From assembly GCF_009914755.1 (NCBI RefSeq), contig NC_060944.1: a stretch of DNA of 64,000 bases; one strand, written 5' to 3'. The position numbers were made by a program, and so were the translations under genes. The first letter of the stretch is position 1, and the number at the start of each line of letters is the position of its first letter. Positions 41,070-64,000 of this stretch are shown here, in pieces. Under the pieces are notes generated by a model that worked only from the letters and a program-made list of their open reading frames with translations, was not told where the DNA came from and searched no databases. The DNA is from the human T2T-CHM13v2.0 reference genome, Homo sapiens.

Positions 41070-43699
41070 CTGGGCAGGCAGGTCTCACTTTCTGTTTTGT
41101 CCCCTCTCTTGGGAGGCCCTTTCCTTTTGCACCTCCCCATAGCAGCCTAGCCTGGAGGGCATTGATCCTCTTTTATGGGGTGGCAGGAGGCGCTGTGAGA
41201 CACAAGACCCACGCAAGTGGGGTAGCCTGGGCTCTGCGGGTCTCAGGAGGCCGGCCCCCATGAGCATCCAGAGACACAGCTTTGCCCCAGTCTGCAACTG
41301 TCACCTGCTCTTCCCAGCCCACCTGGAAATTTGTCAGTCTCTTTTCAGGACCTGGACTGTTGAGATTGGAAAGGCACAGGGATTCTCAAACTAACTCCTG
41401 CCAGAACTGAGAGGCAGCAACTCGTTTCAAATGCATACTCATGACCTCCATCCCAGATCTGCAGAATCAGACTTTCTGGGCAGGAAGCCCAGGAAACCCA
41501 CATTGTAATGAGTTCCCCCGTGAGGTTCTGATGCAGGTAGTCCAGGGGTCACACTTATTTCTGTAAATATTAGGAGTTCCCACTTACCGACTGCTCATCA
41601 GTGCTGGGCCTGGCTAAACACTTTCCTGCAGTGTCTCAATTGGTTCTCACAACAGCTTATGAGGTTGGTAAAAGCCCTGTTTTAATGTTAAGACTGAGCT
41701 CAGAGAGGTTAAAGCCCTCTAACAAGGTCACAGAGCTAGTGGGTGGTGGAGCCAGGAGCCAAAATGTGTCTCTCTGCTCCCTAGAGCCCGGGAGCCTAAG
41801 CAGTGCCCCACACTGCCTGCCGACAGCTACACCTGTACTTTGTGGATTCTTGGTGGGGGTCTCTGACCCCCTAAAAGTGAATGTAAATTTCATGTCTATG
41901 CATTTTTTTTGGGGGGGGGATTTGCATCTTTCATTAAATTGTCAAAGGAGATGTGGGATATGAAAAAGATCAAGTTGCTCAGATTGCTCCACTCCTTGCT
42001 GTATTCATGGAACTGAGGCTCTGAGAGAGAATGCCCCCCACTCCCTGCACCTTTGCACAGCACTGGCACAAAGCTGGGCACCCAGCCAGCATTGACCAGA
42101 GACTGGAAGCATTGTTCCTGATGTGTACCTGCTGGGAGGGCTTTCTTCCTGCTCCTCCTTTCCTCTAGCTCCCATATTCCAGTAGCCACCTGGCTCTTGA
42201 AGCATCTTGAAGGATTGATCTGGAATATCAGATCAGTCCTATAGATGATGGGGGCCATGGAGGCTTTTTTTATTTTTCTTTTTTCAAACAGGGTCTCGCT
42301 CTGTCACCCAGGCTGGAGTGCAGTAGCGCAATCTTGGCTCACTACAGCCTCCGCCTCCATGGAGGCTTTTAAATAGGGGAAGACACCATCAGAGGTAGAA
42401 GGTGTTTTAAATGGGGCGTCTGGCAGCACCATTAACCAGCCTGGAGGACTGCGGGCTCCCTGCACTCTGGTGAGTCCAGCCACTTTGCTCTTCACATGAA
42501 CTGTGAAGGGAAAGACCCTAACTCATGATGGTAGGTAGTTAGGAAGCAGCTCCTTCTGTTTTTGGAGGTTACTGGCAAGGAGGTTACTAACTCATGGCCT
42601 TAATGTTCTGTCTGCCTGGAATGCTTCCCCCAGATAACCAAATGGTCCACTCCCTCACCACCTGACATATTTTTTATTTGCTGTCTTCCCGACCAGAATG
42701 TCAGCAACATGAAGGCAGAGGTTTTGCTCATTGCTGTATACCCAGGGCCGAGCACAATGGCTGGCACACAGTAGGTACTCAATGGACATTTGTTGAATGA
42801 ATGAGGAGTAGGAAGTTGGGGTGGCAGCTGAAGGTTATTTTGTCCATCCTCCAACTCCAGTGCTGGAATCGGTGCCTCCCCGACAGCCCTGAGCACAGTG
42901 ATTTGTGCATATTAAGAACCCCATACGAGTGGCTTATTGGGTTATAGCTATTTTCGATCCCTCTCAACTTTGGGTTAACTTTAGTTTTGGAAGTATCAGC
43001 TGCAGTGACTTCTACTCATCCTCAGAGCCAGCTACCGCTTTGATGGGCAGCCCTGGCCTTTAAAGTCTTGGCAGGAAGGGTCATTCCCACTAGCTGGGGG
43101 TGGAGCCTCCTTGTCAGGAACCTCCCAAACCAGAGGAGCTGCTTCCTAACTACCTACCGTCATGGGACTCAGACTGACTAAGCTAGCGTCCAGCTTTCCC
43201 TGCTCTGGCTGTGTGTGCTCCGGCAAGCTGCCTGATCTCTCTGAGCCTCTGTTTCCTCCCTGAGGATTAAGTGAACTCATGCAGTAAAAGGTCAGGATGA
43301 GGGAGGCGCTACCTCACCTTCCTAGCTACTATTTGTGCACAGGGAAGGGAAGGGAGTCGGGGAGGGGAGGGGCCCCTCATGGTGGAGGAGAGGGGTTCAA
43401 AAGGTGGAAGGGGGTTCCGAGAGAAGGAGGGACTTGGGCCTTGTCAGGCGGGACACCGTGGCTTTGGGGGAGGGGAGATGTTAGAGAAGGAGGTGGGGTC
43501 CCAGGAGGCAACTCCGCAGACTGCAGTTGCGGGAGGGTGGTGGGCTCCTCAGGCCCCCAGGGGATGCAGGCTCCCTCGCATCCCCTTTTCTGCAGGCTGC
43601 TGGCCCCTGGCAGTCCTGCTGGCTCCTGGCAGAATCCTGCTGCCCCGCCTTTGTTGAATGACTGGGAGGCACTCGGACAGGCAGCTTCTTCTGTGTCTC

Positions 43700-43705
43700 T
43701 TTAAT
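43700..43705 (-). terminator. Probable DUSP15 proximal polyadenylation signal (variant ATTAAA)
   Basis: TTTAAT on + strand about 310 nt downstream of the stop at 44012. Confidence 0.6.
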
Positions 43706-44011
43706 ACCCTCCAGGCCCGTCAAACCCTCCACTCTCCCTCCCTCCCCTCCCGCCGCCTTTAAGGGTGGGCCCCCTCCCCCAGCCCAAGGACTAAGGCACC
43801 AGGTGGCTGCAGCAGGCCGGCCCGGACACAGAGACGCACAGGTTGGGGACGCTGACTGCAGACGCGGACGAGCAGGGCGGGCGCGGGAGGCAGGGTTCAG
43901 GCCGCCGCGGGGCTCCCCCAGCCTCTGGGCCCGTCCTGGGGGGCGTGGAAGGCGCAGACAGCCCCCGAAGGGAGCCAGTCGGAAGTAGGGAGCCACGGCT
44001 GGACTGCATCC

Positions 44012-52947
<8,936 letters not shown>

Positions 52948-53185
52948 GATCCCGGGGGCGGCGGTCCGGGTGCACCCCCAGCTCGCCGCCCGGGAAGCGA
53001 TCCGGTCACAGCTGCCCTGACGGCCCAGGCCCGACGCCTGCAGCCTGGCGGGGAACGGGGGGCCTGGCGTCCGCGGCCCTGCCCAGCCCTGCCCAGCCAC
53101 CGCCACCGCCCGCCGACCCCCGGCCCGGGAGGGAAATGGTGGTGGAGCCGCCGCTGCCACCGCCGCCGCCGCAGGCTCCTCCTAC

Positions 53186-53197
53186 CCCTTCGGTCAT
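53186..53197 (-). CDS. DUSP15: Alternative DUSP15 first coding exon (MTEG)
   Basis: ATG ACC GAA GGG|GTAGGA phase-0 donor compatible with exon 52174-52207 (MTEG|VLPGLYLGNF). Confidence 0.75.
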
Positions 53198-53736
53198 GTG
53201 GGGCCCCCGCCTCGGGTCGCGGCGGGGGGCCGGACAAAGCCCCAGTGTGCCGGGCCCACGGCCCGCGGGACAACGGCAGTTTGTTGGGGCCGCGTGGGGC
53301 CGCCACCTCCGGAGGTGGGGGCGGGGGCCTTACCCCACCCTGGCACCGGCAGGCGCGGGCGGATGGGGGGATGTCGCCTAGAGCCCCCCGGCCGGCCCAC
53401 AAACTCCCGTCCCCCTTCCGGCTCTGCCTGGACGTCCCTGCGGGCCCCGGGGGAAAGCACCCAACTTCTCCCGCCTCGGCTTCTAGCAGAAACGTGACGG
53501 GGCTGGACTTTGATCGCCGAGGGCTCTCTGCTCTTCAGAGTCTGCTTGGAACGGGATAAGTGGGTAATTCCTTCCGATACATCCTCTCCACCCGTGCAGA
53601 GACACCCTACCAACCAGCCTTCCTCCTTTCCCATCCATTCTCCCACCCTCCTGTTCACTCATTCACTCGTCCATCTTCCCATCCATTCATCCATCCTCTC
53701 ACTCCTTCCTTCCATCCATTTCGGCCCCTAGGAGGG

Positions 53737-53805
53737 ATGGTGCCATCCAGGGAAGCTCTGCTGGGACCAGGCACAACTGCCATTAGGTGCCCCAAGAAAT
53801 TACAG
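53737..53805 (+). CDS. TTLL9: TTLL9 upstream first coding exon [23 protein letters not shown] (gene continues beyond the window)
   Basis: Acceptor CCCCTAG|GAGGG at 53731/53732, ATG at 53737, phase-0 donor CAG|GTGAAT; peptide matches the recalled human TTLL9 N-terminus. Confidence 0.8.
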
Positions 53806-54417
53806 GTGAATGTTGGGAGAGGGGTTTGAGGGAGGGTTCCAGTCTGAAGGAGACTACATCAGGATGTATTAATAGCTAGAGGTCAGGGTCCTGGAAGGGG
53901 TCTGGAGACCAAGGTTTGAGGCCCTGTTCACCTCTGACCTGCTAGATGACCCTGGGAAAGTCCCCGTGACCCCCAGCTAACCCTATCTGTGTTTCTGAGG
54001 ATGTTGAGGTGAGCCCTTCCTGGCTTCTAGGACCAAAGCTGGAGAATGTAAAATAATCAAGACACTTCCTATAGGACTGAAATAGAAGCAGCTGCACCAG
54101 CTTTGTTCCTTCAGCCATCACCCCCACCCCTCAATCTATAGTAGTAGGTGACTGGGGATTGTGGATAGAGAGCAGGACAGAGAGAATCCACAGAGCCCTT
54201 TGAAATACAGTGATTGGAGAAAAATAAAACTGTTTCTTCCTCCCTTAAGTTCATAGCATACATGGGGCTGCCCGTCTCAGCTCTCATAAAAGCCCAGAGT
54301 TCTCATAAATACCAAATTATTCAGTAAATACTTACTGAGCATCTAGTATATGATAGAGACTAGGGACACAGCAGTGGGTAGAGATTGTTCCTACCTTCAT
54401 TAGCTAATGGTATAGAC

Positions 54418-54700
54418 CAGCATTGTCCAAATGAAATATAATGCCAGCCACATGTGCAGCCACATTTAAAAAGTAGAAACAAGTTAATTGTTGATAATAT
54501 TTTTATTTAACTCAATATATCCAAAATATCATTTCAACATATAGTCAGTATTTTAAAACTATAAATGAGATATTTTATATCCTTTTTAAATTGTATTAAC
54601 TATTCAAAATCTGGTGTCTTTTACATTTACAGCACATCTCAATTCAGACAAGTCACATTCCAAATGCTTACTAGCCATATGCAGCTAGTAGCTACATATT
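54418..54700. mobile_element. hAT-Charlie MITE (MER33/MER3-like)
   Basis: CAGCATTGTCCAA...AATATAATGCCAGCCACA start and AT-rich body ending GCTACATATTAGACA. Confidence 0.6.
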
Positions 54701-54877
54701 AGACATCTCAGATCTAGGAGGGAAGGCAAACAAGATAGGCAAACAAATAAATTATTTACAAATGGTCCCAGTTTTCTATGAAGGAAACAAAGCAGACAGG
54801 GAGAACCTCTCTGAATAAGTGGCATTTGAGCTGAGAGGTGATATATAAGAAGGACCCAGCTGTTTAAAGAGTGGAAA

Positions 54878-55312
<435 letters not shown>

Positions 55313-55930
55313 AATAACACACACGAAAAAGAAAAAGAGTGGAGAGAGTATTTCCAGCAGAAGGAACAGCATGGGCAAAAGCCCTATGATGGGAATAGCT
55401 TGGCCTCTGTAAAAAGCCAGTGGGACTGGAGTAGAGGGAGCTACAGGAGGTGTTAAGAGGACGGTTCAGGGCCGGAGCATGCAGGAGCACATATGGCCAT
55501 GATTGGGAGTTAAAGTTTTCCTTCTCTTCTGTCGGATAAAAATCCAACAGGAAAATTTAACCTGGGAGGCCAGGTCATCTGATTTATTTAAGTCAAATAC
55601 TTCGACCCCTCACTGACCCTTTCCTTTATGGGGGCCACTGCAGCAGCTCAGGTAAGAGGTGACAGTGACCTGGGATAGAGTGGGACCCGAGAAGCTGGAA
55701 AGAAGGGGATGGACTCAGCATATATGAATATTTTCACAGGGCAGCTGAAAGGACTTGCAGATTGACTGGATGTGGGGGGAAGGAAGGAATTTTAGGATGG
55801 CCCCCAGGCTTCCTGCCTTGAAAGTCACTATCTGTGTCACAGAAATGAAAGCAGGGGTGTTCACCAATTCAACACGTTTATTGGGCACTGAGCTATATGT
55901 AGGAAATTGTGCCAAAGATGTGCTGACTTA

Positions 55931-56490
<560 letters not shown>

Positions 56491-56872
56491 CTGATAAACG
56501 AGCCTGAAGACTAGCTCCTTACCATGGCCCTGGCCTTAGCAGCTCTGCGATCCTAGGCGGGTGAGCCAATGTCCCTTAATTTACCCATAGAGGGGCAATT
56601 GTAACAGTCCTTTGTGTTCCCACTGAGTGCTAAGGGGAAAGATACAAATTACATGTAGGAAAGAATTCTTTCAAGTTAAAAGCCCATATGTGTTATTAGA
56701 CCTAACATATTTAATATCTATGTACTGTTCAGCCTTTGGAAGTATTAGTTATTACAAAGCCCAATCTGTCTTAAATCATGAAATGACCATTTTACAAAAC
56801 CAATAATAGGAAGATGCTAAAATGTGGGTCTCACCCTGTCATTCCCTTGCTTAAAGCCCTTTAGTGGATTAC

Positions 56873-57682
<810 letters not shown>

Positions 57683-58479
57683 CTCACCAACACCTTTAGG
57701 AAAATGTCCAACCTGCTTAGCATGGCACACAAGGAGGCCTTGTGGGATGTGGTTTCTGCCACTGACTTTGAGCAAGTTTTTAAATTTCTCTGGGCCTCAG
57801 TTTCATCATCTATGAAATAGGGAGGAAAAAAAACCCTCTGTAGGTCTGTAGTAAGAATAAATGAGAGGACATGTTTCAAATACCTAGTAGAAAGACTGGA
57901 ACACAGTACATTATTATTATTATTACCATTGGCATTACTATTATCATGGAACAGTTGACAGAGTAGGAACCCTTGTCTCTACTCCCTTCATTAGGGCTAT
58001 GTTTCCACATCTGTGAAAAAGGAAACAAGACCAAACAGGTTTGGAAACCTCGTCTCTCCCCTCTACTCCACTCTTTCCTAGTTACTGATCCGTGTCATGC
58101 TTTGCTTTCTCTGACTTCCAACTTCGCCTAATGCTCTTCTTTCTGCCTGGAATGCTCTTCCCATCCTCCTTACCAAGCTAACTCTCATTTCCTCCTGGAA
58201 GTCTTTACTGACTCCTATTAGACTTGTTTAGATCCTACTATTATGCATTCAAAAAGAATGCTAAACTTCCTCTATCATATTATTGTTATGGCCTGTGTGT
58301 TTTTCATTGGGGAAAAAAATCTTAAATCCAGGTAAGGATATTTTGATCTATTTGCTTCCATTGTGTTGTTTAAATAAAACAAAAACATTCTAAATAAACT
58401 TGAAGTAGTTAAGTTCCCTTTTCTCTCCCCACTTCCTTCACTCTCTCCCCAACTAGTATCATAAATTTAGTGCATATGT

Positions 58480-61620
<3,141 letters not shown>

Positions 61621-61634
61621 AACTTCAATGAGCT

Positions 61635-61943
<309 letters not shown>

Positions 61944-62029
61944 CTATCACTGTAATCACTAAAAGGAAAAAGATGGACAACATCTAATGTTGGTGAGGCT
62001 ATAGCCCTTAAGATTAGAAAGCGGCTGGG

Positions 62030-62800
62030 ATAGCAGAGGCGACTGGCCGCGTTACCGACTGACCAACTGACCAGGTGACTTAGTGAGTAACTTCGTTAAG
62101 TAAGGAAACTCAGTACCATTACATTTACCGAAAGCTGACAACTTTTCAGATGCAGCGCTCCCAGTTTAAGGAAAGTGCAGTTGGAGGCGGCGTGGGGCAG
62201 AGGGAGCCAGCCTCTGAACGAACTGCCCCAGGGTCGCGGAGAGGCGAGGCTGGAAAAGAAAGGTTGAGGAAGTCGGGGGACCTAGGCTGCCAGGACGCCC
62301 AATAGCCTCCAGAGGTTCTGGTGGACCAGAGCCTGCGCACTCCGCCGAGAGCATGCCCTTGGCTCATCCAATCAGAGCGGCGGATCCAGGCGCCTGTCTG
62401 TCGCCTTGGCAACGGGACGCATAAGCACGCGAGGCGCGCGGTGGCGGTTTGGATCTGGCCCCTGGGGAATCGCGTTATGTCGCGACCGAAGGTAGGAGTC
62501 GACCTGACCCAGATGCTTTTATCGTCCCTAGAAAAAGGGAGGAAAGCAGCAGAGGGATTCAAAATCGGTTGGGGATGGGTGTTCCTCGCGGAATGGGTAG
62601 GGGTGGGGCGGGGGGGGCGGGGTGGGTTGTTCTCGCGGAGGAATTCCGAAAACAGGAAGAAAAAAAGCCGAGGAACTCAGAGGAAAGACTACAAGTCCCG
62701 GCATGCACCGCGCCGCCCAAGCTGCTGCGCAAGTCCCGCGAGCCCGGCCAGCTGGCGGGAAGTTTACACAACAGTGGGACTCTAAGCTCCGTGACCCCAG
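62030..62800. promoter_or_regulatory. Second CpG island: internal TTLL9 promoter with RFX X-box, CCAAT boxes and a ZNF143-type motif
   Basis: GTCGCCTTGGCAAC (62400-62413), CCAAT at ~62299 and ~62368, ACTACAAGTCCCGGCATGCAC (62688-62708), CpG-rich. Confidence 0.75.
62477..62491 (+). CDS. TTLL9: Alternative TTLL9 first coding exon MSRPK
   Basis: ATG TCG CGA CCG AAG|GTAGGA, same phase 0 as the upstream exon; resembles the recalled MSR.K N-terminus of other mammalian TTLL9 proteins. Confidence 0.65.
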
Positions 62801-63064
62801 GGGAAGTTGAACCTCAGAATTTCAGATTTCCTGACTTGGCGAAACCCGCCTGCCCGTCCATCCGTCCATCCATCCATCCATCCATCCGTTTATTCATCCA
62901 TTCAAAACAACGCTAATTAGTGTCTTTTCCAAGCCAAGCTCAGTGCCGGCCAAGGGACACAGGTGAATCAGACAAACCTCTGCCCTCCAAGAGGGCACAG
63001 ACCAACTCTCCCATTTTAAGAATGGGAAAAATGAAAGTCCAAGAGGGAAAATGAATTACAGTAA

Positions 63065-63760
<696 letters not shown>

Positions 63761-64000
63761 ACCTCTTATTTCTTTTAATTCCCTCTCACAACAAAAAATG
63801 AGTTTATCTGCTTTCAGAGTGCCTTGAACTTTGCCTTTTTACTACAATTCATTATTCATGTGACTATTTGTTTAACATCTGTCTTCCCTGCTGCTCTGGG
63901 ATCTAATCTGACTTGTTCTTCCCTGTATCCCTGGTCCTCAGCAGAGCTGACTACAGTTGATACATGTTGAATGACTATTGAACTACCTGTCTAGATGCTC

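Overview
Human (primate) genomic DNA, recognisable from the encoded proteins as the MYLK2 - FOXS1 - DUSP15 - TTLL9 region (chr20q11.21, from recall). It contains the complete MYLK2 gene (+, 12 coding exons, 596 aa), single-exon FOXS1 (-, 330 aa), DUSP15 (-, 235 aa myristoylatable form), two alternative 5' coding exons of TTLL9 (+), and many Alu/L2/MIR/L1/MER/MLT repeats. The main hidden element lies in the apparently intergenic ~10 kb between DUSP15 and FOXS1 (- strand, ~31.0-40.9 kb). It is a decayed, intron-containing interferon regulatory factor gene of the IRF4/8/9/10 group, most like IRF10. Both DNA-binding-domain exons and the IRF-association-domain (IAD) exons can still be read, broken by frameshifts, an exonic Alu insertion and damaged splice sites. 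Its last four exons splice in frame onto DUSP15 exon 6 to give a 295-aa phosphatase whose tail is partly read in the old IRF frame, so the long DUSP15 isoform appears to be a DUSP15-IRF10-pseudogene read-through chimera. Family assignments rest on recalled sequences; no database search was run.
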